Source: Balanoglossus misakiensis
Lineage: Eukaryota; Animalia; Hemichordata
Length of the DNA stretch: 64,000 nt
Assembly (NCBI GenBank): GCA_040954595.2
Contig: CM082588.2
Location: 11,047,298 to 11,111,297 of the forward strand
Direction of reading: 5' to 3'
Of the stretch, positions 49,801 to 64,000 are shown one piece after another. The position numbers were made by a program, and so were the translations under genes. The notes beneath the pieces were generated by a model. That model was not told the origin of the DNA and did not search any database. It saw nothing but the letters and a program-made list of their open reading frames with translations. Position 1 is the stretch's first letter. Each line of letters begins with the position of its first letter.

Positions 49801-52800
49801 CTCAAAATTTCGTCGATTTTTGAAAAAAATCATGGGGGAAAATCATCAAAAAATGACAAATTTTCGACTGCAAAAACTCAAAATTTCATCAATTTTGAAA
49901 AAAATCATGGGTGAAAATCATCAAAAAATGACAAATTTTCCTCTTTGCAAAATCTATAAATTTCGTCGATTTTTGAAAAATTTTCAACTTTGCAAAATCT
50001 CAAAATTTCGTCGATTTTTGAAAAAAATCATGGGTGAAAATCATCAAAAAATGACAAATTTTCGACTTTGCAAAATCTCAAAATTTCGTCGATTTTTGAA
50101 AAAAATCATGGGTGAAAATCATGAAAAAATGACAAATTTTGAAAAAAAAACGGGTGAAAATCATCAAAAAATGACACATTTTCGACTTTGCAAAATCTCA
50201 AAATTTCGTCCATTTCTGAAAAAAAATTATGGGTAAAAATCATCAAAAATGACAAATTTTCATCTTTGCAAAATCTCAAATTTTCGTCGATTTTTGAAAA
50301 AAAATCATGGTTGAAAATCATCAAAAAATGACAAATTTTCGACTTTGCAAAATCTCAACATTTCGTCGATTTTTGAAAAAAATCATGTGTGAAAATCATC
50401 AAAAAATGACAATTTTTCGACTTTGCAAAATCTCAACATTTCGTCGATTTTTGAAGAAAATCATGGGTGAAAATCATCAAAAAATGACAAATTTTCGACT
50501 TTGCAAAATCTCAAAATTTTTTCGATTTTGAAAAAAATCATAGGTTCGTCGATTTTTAAAAAAAAAACATGGGTGAAAATCATCAAAAAATGACACATTT
50601 TCGACTTTGCAAAATCTCAAAATTTCGTCGATTTTTGAAAAAAATCATGGGTGAAAATCATCAAAAAATGACAAAATTTTCGACTTTGCAAAATCTCAAA
50701 ATTTCGTCGATTTTTGAAAAAAAATCATGGTTAAAAATCATCAAAAAATGACAAAATTTTCGACTTTGCAAAATCACAAAATTTCGTCGATTTTGAAAAA
50801 AATCATAGGTACGTCGATTTTTTTAAAAAAAAACATGGGTGAAAATCATCAAAAAATGACAAATTTTCGACTTTGCAAAATCTCAAAATTTCGTCGATTT
50901 TTGAAAAAATCATGGGTGAAAATCATCAAAAAATGACAAATTTTCGACTGCAAAATCTCAAAATTTCGTCGATTTTTGAAAAAAAATCATGGGTGAAAAA
51001 TCATCAAAAAATGACAAATTTTCGACTTTGCAAAATCTCAAAATTTCGTCAATTTTTGAAGAAAATCATGGGTGAAAATCATCAAAAAATGACAAATTTT
51101 CGACTTTGCAAAATCTCAAAATTTTTTCGATTTTTGAAAAAAGACATGGGTGAAAATCATCAAAAAATGACAAATTTTCGACTTTGCAAAATCTCAAAAT
51201 TTCGTCGATTTTTGAAAAAATCATGGGTGAAAATCATCAAAAAATGACAAATTTTCGACTGCAAAATCTCAAAATTTCGTCGATTTTTGAAAAAAAATCA
51301 TGGGTGAAAAATCATCAAAAAATGACAAATTTTCGACTTTGCAAAATCTCAAAATTTAGTCAATTTTTGAAAAAATCATGGGTGAAAATCATCAAAAAAT
51401 GACAAATTTTCATGTTTGCAAAATCTCAAAATTTCGTCGGTTTTTGAAAAATAATATGGGTGAAAATCATCAAAAAATGACTAATTTTCGACTGCAAAAA
51501 CTCAAAATTTCATCAATTTTGAAAAAAATCATGGGTGAAAATCATCAAAAAATGACAAATTTTCCTCTTTGCAAAATCTATAAATTTCGTCGATTTTTGA
51601 AAAATTTTCAACTTTGCAAAATCTCAAAATTTCGTCGATTTTTGAAAAAAATCATGGGGGAAAATCATCAAAAAATGACACATTTTCGACTTTGCAAAAT
51701 CTCAAAATTTCGTCGATTTTTGAAAAAAAATCATGGGTGAAAATCATCAAAAAATGACAAATTTTGAAAAAAACGGGTGAAAATCATCAAAAAATGACAC
51801 ATTTTCGACTTTGCAAAATCTCAAAATTTCGTCGATTTTTGAAAAAATCATGGGTGAAAATCATCAAAAAATGACAAATTTTCGACTGCAAAATCTCAAA
51901 ATTTCGTCGATTTTTGAAAAAAAATCATGGGTGAAAAATCATCAAAAAATGACAAATTTTCGACTTTGCAAAATCTCAAAATTTCGTCGATTTTTGAAAA
52001 AAATCATGGGGGAAAATCATGAAAAAAATGACAAATTTTCCTCTTTGCAAAATCTCAAAATTTCGTCGATTTTTAAAAGAAGACATGGGTGAAAATCATC
52101 AAAAAATAACAAATTTTCGACTTTGCAAAATCTCAAAATTTCGTCCATTTTTGAAAAAAAATCATGGGTAAAAATCATCAAAAAATGACACATTTTCGAC
52201 TTTGCAAAATCTCAAAATTTCGTCGATTTTTGAAAAAAAATCATGGGTGAAAATCATCAAAAAATGACAAATTTTCGTCTTTGCAAAATCTCAAAATTTC
52301 GTCCATTTCTGAAAAAAAATTATGGGTAAAAATCATCAAAAATGACAAATTTTCATCTTTGCAAAATCTCAAATTTTCGTCGATTTTGAAAAAAATCATA
52401 GGTACGTCGATTTTTTTAAAAAAACATGGGTGAAAATCATCAAAAAATGACAAATTTTCGACTTTGCAAAATCTCAAAATTTCGTCGATTTTTGAAAAAA
52501 TCATGGGTGAAAATCATCAAAAAAATGACAAATTTTCGACTGCAAAATCTCAAAATTTCGTCGATTTTTGAAAAAAAATCATGGGTGAAAAATCATCAAA
52601 AAATGACAAATTTTCGACTTTGCAAAATCTCAAAATTTAGTCAATTTTTGAAAAAATCATGGGTGAAAATCATCAAAAAATGACAAATTTTCGACTTTGC
52701 AAAATCTCAAAATTTCGTCGATTTTTGAAAAAAATCATGGGGGAAAATCATCAAAAAATGACAAATTTTCGACTGCAAAAACTCAAAATTTCATCAATTT

Positions 52801-55800
52801 TGAAAAAAATCATGGGTGAAAATCATCAAAAAATGACAAATTTTCCTCTTTGCAAAATCTATAAATTTCGTCGATTTTTGAAAAATTTTCAACTTTGCAA
52901 AATCTCAAAATTTCGTCGATTTTTGAAAAAAATCATGGGGGAAAATCATCAAAAAATGACACATTTTCGACTTTGCAAAATCTCAAAATTTCGTCGATTT
53001 TTGAAAAAAAATCATGGGTGAAAATCATCAAAAAATGACAAATTTTGAAAAAAACGGGTGAAAATCATCAAAAAATGACACATTTTCGACTTTGCAAAAT
53101 CTCAAAATTTCGTCCATTTCTGAAAAAAAATTATGGGTAAAAATCATCAAAAATGACAAATTTTCATCTTTGCAAAATCTCAAATTTTCGTCGATTTTTG
53201 AAAAAAAATCATGGTTGAAAATCATCAAAAAATGACAAAATTTTCGACTTTGCAAAATCTCAACATTTCGTCGATTTTTGAAAAAAATCATGGGTGAAAA
53301 TCATCAAAAAATGACAATTTTTCGACTTTGCAAAATCTCAACATTTCGTCGATTTTTGAAAAAAATCATGGGTGAAAATCATCAAAAAATGACAAATTTT
53401 CGACTTCGCAAAATCTCAAAATTTCGTCGATTTTTGAAAAAAATCATGGGTGAAAATAATCAAAAAATGACAAATTTTCGACTTTGCAAAATCTCAAAAT
53501 TTCGTCGATTTTTGAAGAAAATCATGGGTGAAAATCATCAAAAAATGACAAATTTTCGACTTTGCAAAATCTCAAAATTTCGTCGATTTTTGAAAAAATC
53601 ATGGGTGAAAATCATCAAAAAATGACAAATTTTCGACTTTGCAAAATCTCAAAATTTAGTCAATTTTTGAAAAAATCATGGGTGAAAATCATCAAAAAAT
53701 GACAAATTTTCGACTTTGCAAAATCTCAAAATTTCGTCGATTTTTGAAAAAAATCATGGGGGAAAATCATCAAAAAATGACAAATTTTCGACTGCAAAAA
53801 CTCAAAATTTCATCAATTTTGAAAAAAATCATGGGTGAAAATCATCAAAAAATGACAAATTTTCCTCTTTGCAAAATCTATAAATTTCGTCGATTTTTGA
53901 AAAATTTTCAACTTTGCAAAATCTCAAAATTTCGTCGATTTTTGAAAAAAATCATGGGTGAAAATCATCAAAAAATGACAAATTTTCGACTTTGCAAAAT
54001 CTCAAAATTTCGTCGATTTTTGAAAAAAATCATGGGTGAAAATCATGAAAAAATGACAAATTTTGAAAAAAAAATGGGTGAAAATCATCAAAAAATGACA
54101 CATTTTCGACTTTGCAAAATCTCAAAATTTCGTCCATTTCTGAACAAAAATTATGGGTAAAAATCATCAAAAATGACAAATTTTCATCTTTGCAAAATCT
54201 CAAATTTTCGTCGATTTTTGAAAAAAAATCATGGTTGAAAATCATCAAAAAATGACAAATTTTCGACTTTGCAAAATCTCAACATTTCGTCGATTTTTGA
54301 AAAAAATCATGGGTGAAAATCATCAAAAAATGACAATTTTTCGACTTTGCAAAATCTCAACATTTCGTCGATTTTTGAAGAAAATCATGGGTGAAAATCA
54401 TCAAAAGATGACAAATTTTCGACTTTGCAAAATCTCAAAATTTTTTCGATTTTGAAAAAAATCATAGGTTCGTCGATTTTAAAAAAAAAAACATGGGTGA
54501 AAATCATCAAAAAATGACACATTTTCGACTTTGCAAAATCTCAAAATTTCGTCGATTTTTGAAAAAAATCATGGGTGAAAATCATCAAAAAATGACAAAA
54601 TTTTCGACTTTGCAAAATCTCAAAATTTCGTCGATTTTTGAAAAAAAATCATGGTTAAAAATCATCAAAAAATGACAAAATTTTCGACTTTGCAAAATCA
54701 CAAAATTTCGTCGATTTTGAAAAAAATCATAGGTACGTCGATTTTTTAAAAAAAACATGGGTGAAAATCATCAAAAAATGACAAATTTTCGACTTTGCAA
54801 AATCTCAAAATTTCGTCGATTTTTGAAAAAATCATGGGTGAAAATCATCAAAAAATGACAAATTTTCGACTGCAAAATCTAAAAATTTCGTCGATTTTTG
54901 AAAAAAAATCATGGGTGAAAAATCATCAAAAAATGACAAATTTTCGACTTTGCAAAATCTCAAAATTTCGTCAATTTTTGAAGAAAATCATGGGTGAAAA
55001 TCATCAAAAAATGACAAATTTTCGACTTTGCAAAATCTCAAAATTTTTTCGATTTTTGAAAAAAGACATGGGTGAAAATCATCAAAAAATGACAAATTTT
55101 CGACTTTGCAAAATCTCAAAATTTCGTCGATTTTTGAAAAAATCATGGGTGAAAATCATCAAAAAATGACAAATTTTCGACTGCAAAATCTCAAAATTTC
55201 GTCGATTTTTGAAAAAAAATCATGGGTGAAAAATCATCAAAAAATGACAAATTTTCGACTTTGCAAAATCTCAAAATTTAGTCAATTTTTGAAAAAATCA
55301 TGGGTGAAAATCATCAAAAAATGACAAATTTTCATGTTTGCAAAATCTCAAAATTTCGTCGGTTTTTGAAAAATAATATGGGTGAAAATCATCAAAAAAT
55401 GACAAATTTTCGACTGCAAAAACTCAAAATTTCATCAATTTTGAAAAAAATCATGGGTGAAAATCATCAAAAAATGACAAATTTTCCTCTTTGCAAAATC
55501 TATAAATTTCGTCGATTTTTGAAAAATTTTCAACTTTGCAAAATCTCAAAATTTCGTCGATTTTTGAAAAAAATCATGAGGGAAAATCATCAAAAAATGA
55601 CACATTTTCGACTTTGCAAAATCTCAAAATTTCGTCGATTTTTGAAAAAAAATCATGGGTGAAAATCATCAAAAAATGACAAATTTTGAAAAAAAACGGG
55701 TGAAAATCATCAAAAAATGACACATTTTCGACTTTGCAAAATCTCAAAATTTCGTCGATTTTTGAAAAAATCATGGGTGAAAATCATCAAAAAATGACAA

Positions 55801-58800
55801 ATTTTCGACTGCAAAATCTCAAAATTTCGTCGATTTTTGAAAAAAAATCATGGGTGAAAAATCATCAAAAAATGACAAATTTTCGACTTTGCAAAATCTC
55901 AAAATTTCGTCGATTTTTGAAAAAAATCATGGGGGAAAATCATGAAAAAAATGACAAATTTTCCTCTTTGCAAAATCTCAAAATTTCGTCGATTTTTAAA
56001 AAAAGACATGGGTGAAAATCATCAAAAAATAACAAATTTTCGACTTTGCAAAATCTCAAAATTTCGTCCATTTTTGAAAAAAAATCATGGGTAAAAATCA
56101 TCAAAAAATGACACATTTTCGACTTTGCAAAATCTCAAAATTTCGTCGATTTTTGAAAAAAAATCATGGGTGAAAATCATCAAAAAATGACAAATTTTCG
56201 TCTTTGCAAAATCTCAAAATTTCGTCCATTTTTGAAAAAAAAATTATGGGTAAAAATCATCAAAAATGACAAATTTTCGTCTTTGCAAAATCTCAAATTT
56301 TCGTCGATTTTTGAAAAAAAATCATGGTTGAAAATCATCAAAAAATGACAAAATTTTCGACTTTGTAAAATCACAAAATTTCGTCGATTTTGAAAAAAAT
56401 CATAGGTTCGTCGATTTTTTAAAAAAAAACATGGGAGAAAATCATCAAAAAATGACAAATTTAAAAAAAAAACGGGTGAAAATCATCAAAAAATGACACA
56501 TTTACGACTTTGCAAAATCTCAAAATTTCGTCGATTGTTGAAAAAAATCATGGGGGAAAATCATGAAAAAATGACAAATTTTCGACTTTGCAAAATCTCA
56601 AAATTTCGTCAATTTTGAATAAAAATCATGGGTGAAAATCATCAAAAAATGACAAATTTTCGACTTTGCAAAATCTCACAATTTCGTCGATTTTTGAAAA
56701 AAAATAATGGGTGAAAATGCACCAAAAAATGAGAAATTTTCGACTTTGCAAAATCTCAAAATTTCGTCAATTTTGAAAAAAATCATGGGTGAAAATCATC
56801 AAAAAATGACAAATTTTCGACTTTGCAAAATCTCAAAATTTCGTCGATTTTTGAAAGAAATCATGTTTGAAAATCATCAAAAAAATGACAAATTTTCGAC
56901 TTTGCAAAATCTCAAAATTTCGTCGATTTTTGAAAAAAATCATGGGTGAAAATCATCAAAAAAATGACAAATTTTCGACTTTGCAAAATCTCAAAATTTC
57001 GTCGATTTTTGAAAAAAATCATCGGTGAAAATCATCAAAAAATGACAAATTTTCGACTTTGCAAAATCTCAAAATTTCGTCGATTTTTGAAGAAAATCAT
57101 GGGTGAAAATCATCAAAAAATGACAAATTTTGAAAAAAAAACGGGTGAAAATCATCAAAAAATGACACATTTACGACTTTGCAAAATCTCAAAATTTCGT
57201 CGATTTTTGAAAAAAAACCGGGTGAAAATCATCAAAAATGACACATTTACGACTTTGCAAAATCTCAAAATTTCGTCGATTTTTGAAAAAAAATCATGGG
57301 TGAAAATCATCAAAAAATGACAAATTTTCGATTTTGCAAAATCTCAAAATTTCGTCGATTTTTGAAAAAAAACGGGTGAAAATCATCAAAAAATGACACA
57401 TTTTCGTCGACTTTGCAAAATCTCAAAATTTCGTCGATTTTTGAAAAAAATCATGGGGGAAAATCATGAAAAAAATGACAAATTTTCCTCTTTGCAAAAT
57501 CTCAAAATTTCGTCGATTTTTAAAAAAAGACATGGGTGAAAATCATCAAAAAATAACAAATTTTCGACTTTGCAAAATCTCAAAATTTCGTCCATTTTTG
57601 AAAAAAAATCATGGGTAAAAATCATCAAAAAATGACAAATTTTGAAAAAAAACGGGTGAAAATCATCAAAAAATGACACATTTTCGACTTTGCAAAATCT
57701 CAAAATTTCGTCGATTTTTGAAAAAAAATCATGGGTGAAAATCATCAAAAAATGACAAATTTTCGTCTTTGCAAAATCTCAAAATTTCGTCCATTTCTGA
57801 AAAAAAATTATGGGTAAAAATCATCAAAAATGACAAATTTTCATCTTTGCAAAATCTCAAATTTTCGTCGATTTTTGAAAAAAATCATGGTTGAAAATCA
57901 TCAAAAAATGACAAAATTTTCGACTTTGCAAAATCTCAAAATTTCGTCGATTTTTGAAAAAAATCATGGGGGAAAATCATCAAAAAATGACAAATTTTCG
58001 TCTTTGCAAAATCTCAAAATTTCGTCCATTTCTGAAAAAAAATTATGGGTAAAAATCATCAAAAAATGACAAATATTCGTCTTTGCAAAATCTCAAAATT
58101 TCGTCCATTTCTGAAACAAAATTATGGGTAAAAATCATCAAAAATGACAAATTTTCATCTTTGCAAAATCTCAAAATTTCGTCGAGTTTTGAAAAAAATC
58201 ATGGGAGAAAATCATGAAAAAATGACAAATTTTCCTCTTTGCAAAATCTCAAAATTTCGTCGATTTTTGAAAAAAAATCATGGGTAAAAATCATCAAAAA
58301 ATGACAAATTTTCGTCTTTGCAAAATCTCAAAATTTCGTCCATTTTTGAAAAAAATCATGGGTGAAAATCATCAAAAAATGACAAATTTTCGACTTTGCA
58401 GAATCTCAACATTTCGTCAATTTTTGAAAAAATCATGGGTGAAAATCATCAAAAAATGACAAATTTTCGACTTTGCAAAATCTCAAAATTTCGTCGATTT
58501 TTGAAAAAAATCATGGGGGAAAATCATGAAAAAATGACAAATTTTCCTCTCTGCAAAATCTCAAAATTTCGTCGATTTTTGAAAAAAAATCATGGGTGAA
58601 AATCATCAAAAAATGACAAATTTTCGTCTTTGCAAAATCTCAAAATTTCGTCCATTTTTGAAAAAAAATCATGGGTAAAAATCATCAAAAATGACAAATT
58701 TTCGACTTTGCAAAATCTCAAAATTTCGTCGATTTTTGAAGAAAATCATGGGTGAAAATCATCAAAAAATGACAAATTTTGAAAAAAAAACGGGTGAAAA

Positions 58801-61800
58801 TCATCAAAAAATGACACATTTACGACTTTGCAAAATCTCAAAATTTCGTCGATTTTTGAAAAAAAACCGGGTGAAAATCATCAAAAAATGACACATTTAC
58901 GACTTTGCAAAATCTCAAAATTTCGTCGATTTTTGAAAAAAAATCATGGGTGAAAATCATCAAAAAATGACAAATTTTCGATTTTGCAAAATCTCAAAAT
59001 TTCGTCGATTTTTGAAAAAAAACGGGTGAAAATCATCAAAAAATGACACATTTTCGTCGACTTTGCAAAATCTCAAAATTTCGTCGATTTTTGAAAAAAA
59101 TCATGGGGGAAAATCATGAAAAAAATGACAAATTTTCCTCTTTGCAAAATCTCAAAATTTCGTCGATTTTTAAAAAAAGACATGGGTGAAAATCATCAAA
59201 AAATAACAAATTTTCGACTTTGCAAAATCTCAAAATTTCGTCCATTTTTGAAAAAAAATCATGGGTAAAAATCATCAAAAAATGACAAATTTTGAAAAAA
59301 AACGGGTGAAAATCATCAAAAAATGACACATTTTCGACTTTGCAAAATCTCAAAATTTCGTCGATTTTTGAAAAAAAATCATGGGTGAAAATCATCAAAA
59401 AATGACAAATTTTCGTCTTTGCAAAATCTCAAAATTTCGTCCATTTCTGAAAAAAAATTATGGGTAAAAATCATCAAAAATGACAAATTTTCATCTTTGC
59501 AAAATCTCAAATTTTCGTCGATTTTTGAAAAAAATCATGGTTGAAAATCATCAAAAAATGACAAAATTTTCGACTTTGCAAAATCTATAAATTTCGTCGA
59601 TTTTTGAAAAATTTTCAACTTTGCAAAATCTCAAAATTTCGTCGATTTTTGAAAAAAATCATGGGGGAAAATCATCAAAAAATGACACATTTTCGACTTT
59701 GCAAAATCTCAAAATTTCGTCGATTTTTGAAAAAAAATCATGGGTGAAAATCATCAAAAAATGACAAATTTTCGTCTTTGCAAAATCTCAAAATTTCGTC
59801 CATTTTTGAAAAAAAATCATGGGGGAAAATCATCAAAAAATGACAAATTTTCGACTTTGCAAAATCTCAAAATTTCGTCGATTTTGAAAAAAACCATTGG
59901 GGGAAAATCATCAAAAAATGACAAATTTTCGATTTTGCAAAATCTCAAAATTTCGTCGATTTTTGAAAAAAAATCAGGGTTGAAAATCATCAAAAAATGA
60001 CAAAATTTTCGACTTTGCAAAATCACAAAATTTCGTCGATTTTGAAAAAAATCATAGGTTCGTCGATTTTTAAAAAAAAAACATGGGTGAAAATCATCAA
60101 AAAATGACAAATTTTCGACTTTGCAAAATCTCAAAATTTAGTCAATTTTTGAAAAAATCATGGGTGAAAATCATCAAAAAATGACAAATTTTCCTCTTTG
60201 CAAAATCTATAAATTTCGTCGATTTTTGAAAAATTTTCAACTTTGCAAAATCTCAAAATTTCGTCGATTTTTGAAAAAAATCATGGGGGAAAATCATCAA
60301 AAAATGACACATTTTCGACTTTGCAAAATCTCAAAATTTCGTCCATTTTTGAAAAAAAATCATGGGGGAAAATCATCAAAAAATGACAAATTTTCGACTT
60401 TGCAAAATCTCAAAATTTCGTCGATTTTGAAAAAAACCATTGGGGGAAAATCATCAAAAAATGACAAATTTTCGATTTTGCAAAATCTCAAAATTTCGTC
60501 GATTTTTGAAAAAAATCATGGGTGAAAATCATCAAAAAATGACAAATTTTCCTCTTTGCAAAATCTATAAATTTCGTCGATTTTTGAAAAATTTTCAACT
60601 TTGCAAAATCTCAAAATTTCGTCGATTTTTGAAAAAAAAATCATGGGTGAAAATCATCAAAAAATGACAAATTTTCGTCTTTGCAAAATCTCAAAATTTC
60701 GTCCATTTTTGAAAAAAAATCAGGGTTGAAAATCATCAAAAAATGACAAAATTTTCGACTTTGCAAAATCACAAAATTTCGTCGATTTTGAAAAAAATCA
60801 TAGGTTCGTCGATTTTTAAAAAAAAACATGGGTGAAAATCATCAAAAAATGACAAATTTTCGACTTTGCAAAATCTCAAAATTTAGTCAATTTTTGAAAA
60901 AATCATGGGTGAAAATCATCAAAAAATGACAAATTTTCCTCTTTGCAAAATCTATAAATTTCGTCGATTTTTGAAAAATTTTCAACTTTGCAAAATCTCA
61001 AAATTTCGTCGATTTTTGAAAAAAATCATGGGGGAAAATCATCAAAAAATGACACATTTTCGACTTTGCAAAATCTCAAAATTTCGTCCATTTTTGAAAA
61101 AAAATCATGGGGGAAAATCATCAAAAAATGACAAATTTTCGACTTTGCAAAATCTCAAAATTTCGTCGATTTTGAAAAAAACCATTGGGGGAAAATCATC
61201 AAAAAATGACAAATTTTCGATTTTGCAAAATCTCAAAATTTCGTCGATTTTTGAAAAAAATCATGGGTGAAAATCATCAAAAAATGACAAATTTTCCTCT
61301 TTGCAAAATCTATAAATTTCGTCGATTTTTGAAAAATTTTCAACTTTGCAAAATCTCAAAATTTCGTCGATTTTTGAAAAAAAATCATGGGTGAAAATCA
61401 TCAAAAAATGACAAATTTTCGTCTTTGCAAAATCTCAAAATTTCGTCCATTTTTGAAAAAAAATCATGGGGGAAAATCATCAAAAAATGACAAATTTTCG
61501 ACTTTGCAAAATCTCAAAATTTCGTCGATTTTGAAAAAAACCATTGGGGGAAAATCATCAAAAAATGACAAATTTTCGATTTTGCAAAATCTCAAAATTT
61601 CGTCGATTTTTGAAAAAAAATCAGGGTTGAAAATCATCAAAAAATGACAAAATTTTCGACTTTGCAAAATCACAAAATTTCGTCGATTTTGAAAAAAAAT
61701 CATAGGTTCGTCGATTTTTAAAAAAAAAACATGGGTGAAAATCATCAAAAAATGACACATTTTCGACTTTGCAAAATCTCAAAATTTCGTCGATTTTTGA

Positions 61801-64000
61801 AAAAAATCATGGGTGAAAATCATCAAAAAATGACAAAATTTTCGACTTTGCAAAATCTCAAAATTTTGTCGATTTTTGAAAAAAAATCATGGTTGAAAAT
61901 CATCAAAAAATGACAAAATTTTCGACTTTGCAAAATCACAAAATTTCGTCGATTTTGAAAAAAATCATAGGTTCGTCGATTTAAAAAAAAAAACATGGGT
62001 GAAAATCATCAAAAAATGACACATTTTCGACTTTGCAAAATCTCAAAATTTCGTCGATTTTTGAAAAAAATCATGGGTGAAAATCATCAAAAAATGACAA
62101 ATTTTCGACTTTGCAAAATCTCAAAATTTCGTCGATTTTTGAAAAAAATCATGGGTGAAAATCATGAAAAAATGACAAATTTTGAAAAAAAACGGGTGAA
62201 AATCATCAAAAAATGACACATTTTCGACTTTGCAAAATCTCAAAATTTCGTCCATTTCTGAAAAAAAATTATGGGTAAAAATCATCAAAAATGACAAATT
62301 TTCATCTTTGCAAAATCTCAAATTTTCGTCGATTTTTGAAAAAAAATCATGGTTGAAAATCATCAAAAAATGACAAAATTTTCGACTTTGCAAAATCTCA
62401 ACATTTCGTCGATTTTCGAAAAAAATCATGGGTGAAAATCATCAAAAAATGACAATTTTTCGACTTTGCAAAATCTCAACATTTCGTCGATTTTTGAAAA
62501 AAATCATGGGTGAAAATCATCAAAAAATGACAAATTTTCGATTTCGCAAAATCTCAAAATTTCGTCGATTTTTGAAAAAAAATCATGGGTGAAAAATAAT
62601 CAAAAAATGACAAATTTTCGACTTTGCAAAATCTCAAAATTTCGTCGATTTTTGAAGAAAATCATGGGTGAAAATCATCAAAAAATGACAAAATTTTCGA
62701 CTTTGCAAAATCTCAAAATTTCGTGATTTTTGAAAAAAATCATGGGGGAAAATCATCAAAAAATGACAAATTTTCGACTGCAAAAACTCAAAATTTCATC
62801 AATTTTGAAAAAAATCATGGGTGAAAATCATCAAAAAATGACAAATTTTCCTCTTTGCAAAATCTATAAATTTCGTCGATTTTTGAAAAATTTTCAACTT
62901 TGCAAATCTCAAAATTTCGTCGATTTTTGAAAAAAATCATGGGGGAAAATCATCAAAAAATGACACATTTTCGACTTTGCAAAATCTCAAAATTTCGTCG
63001 ATTTTTGAAAAAAAATCATGGGTGAAAATCATCAAAAATGACAAATTTGAAAAAAAACGGGTGAAAATCATCAAAAAATGACACATTTTCGACTTTGCAA
63101 AATCTCAAAAATTCGTCGATTTTTGAAAAAATCATGGGTGAAAATCATCAAAAAATGACAAATTTTCGACTGCAAAATCTCAAAATTTCGTCGATTTTTG
63201 AAAAAAAATCATGGGTGAAAAATCATCAAAAAATGACAAATTTTCGACTTTGCAAAATCTCAAAATTTCGTCGATTTTTGAAAAAAATCATGGGGGAAAA
63301 TCATGAAAAAAATGACAAATTTTCCTCTTTGCAAAATCTCAAATTTCGTCGATTTTTGAAAAAAATCATGGTTGAAAATCATCAAAAAATGACAAAATTT
63401 TCGACTTTGTAAAATCACAAATTTCGTCGATTTTGAAAAAAATCATAGGTTCGTCGATTTTTTAAAAAAAAACATGGGAGAAAATCATCAAAAAATGACA
63501 AATTTAAAAAAAAAACGGGTGAAAATCATCAAAAAAAGACACATTTACGACTTTGCAAAATCTCAAAATTTCGTCGATTGTTGAAAAAAATCATGGGGGA
63601 AAATCATGAAAAAATGACAAATTTTCGACTTTGCAAAATCTCAAAATTTCGTCAATTTTGAATAAAAATCATGGGTGAAAATCATCAAAAAATGACAAAT
63701 TTTCGACTTTGCAAAATCTCACAATTTCGTCGATTTTGAAAAAAATAATGGGTGAAAATGCACCAAAAATGAGAAATTTTCGACTTTGCAAAATCTCAAA
63801 ATTTCGTCAATTTTGAAAAAAATCATGGGTGAAAATCATCAAAAAATGACAAATTTTCGACTTTGCAAAATCTCAAAATTCGTCGATTTTTGAAAGAAAT
63901 CATGGTGAAAATCATCAAAAAAATGACAAATTTTCGACTTTGCAAAATCTCAAAATTTCGTCGATTTTTGAAAAAAATCATGGGTGAAAATCATCAAAAA
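34806..64000 (+). repeat. 78-bp satellite DNA array, >29 kb (roughly 375-390 monomers), continues beyond the window
   Basis: Consensus TTTTCGACTTTGCAAAATCTCAAAATTTCGTCGATTTTTGAAAAAAATCATGGGTGAAAATCATCAAAAAATGACAAA, head-to-tail in one orientation. It yields the 26-aa pseudo-repeat seen in the ORF track. Confidence 0.99.

Noticed and set aside
35000-63412. Dozens of ORFs with the MGENHQKMTNFRLCKISKFRRFLKKI repeat
   Set aside because: The monomer is 78 bp (26 codons). Frames are broken constantly by A-run length changes, so this is satellite translation, not a repeat protein.
34806-64000. CRISPR-like array or CENP-B boxes
   Set aside because: There are no unique spacers. TTCG and CGGG both occur but not at the 17-bp CENP-B box spacing.

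Overview
Animal (probably marine invertebrate; inference from spliceosomal introns, TE families and AT-richness) genomic window at the edge of a satellite array. Bases 1-34.8 kb are a dense nested mosaic of decayed mobile DNA: a ~4-kb segmental duplication (1-4181 vs ~7190-10665) with reciprocal MITE insertions and paired exon-like cassettes; tandem Helentron/DINE-1-like (HINE) elements; Harbinger-, Kolobok-, P-, hAT- and Crypton-like non-autonomous elements; a 4.1-kb TAG..CTA element with a 9-bp TSD that is almost entirely a foldback of 170-bp tandem repeats; an intron-containing ZNF862-type hAT transposase relic; and two LINE fragments nested in a HINE-like element. One host-gene piece is recognisable: the frameshifted last coding exon of a UBE2J1-like gene (minus strand). 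From 34806 to the end is an uninterrupted 78-bp A-tract satellite with layered higher-order repeats. All ORFs in that array are translation artefacts. No rRNA, tRNA or CRISPR array was found. Superfamily names come from termini, TSDs and motifs read by eye, not from database searches.
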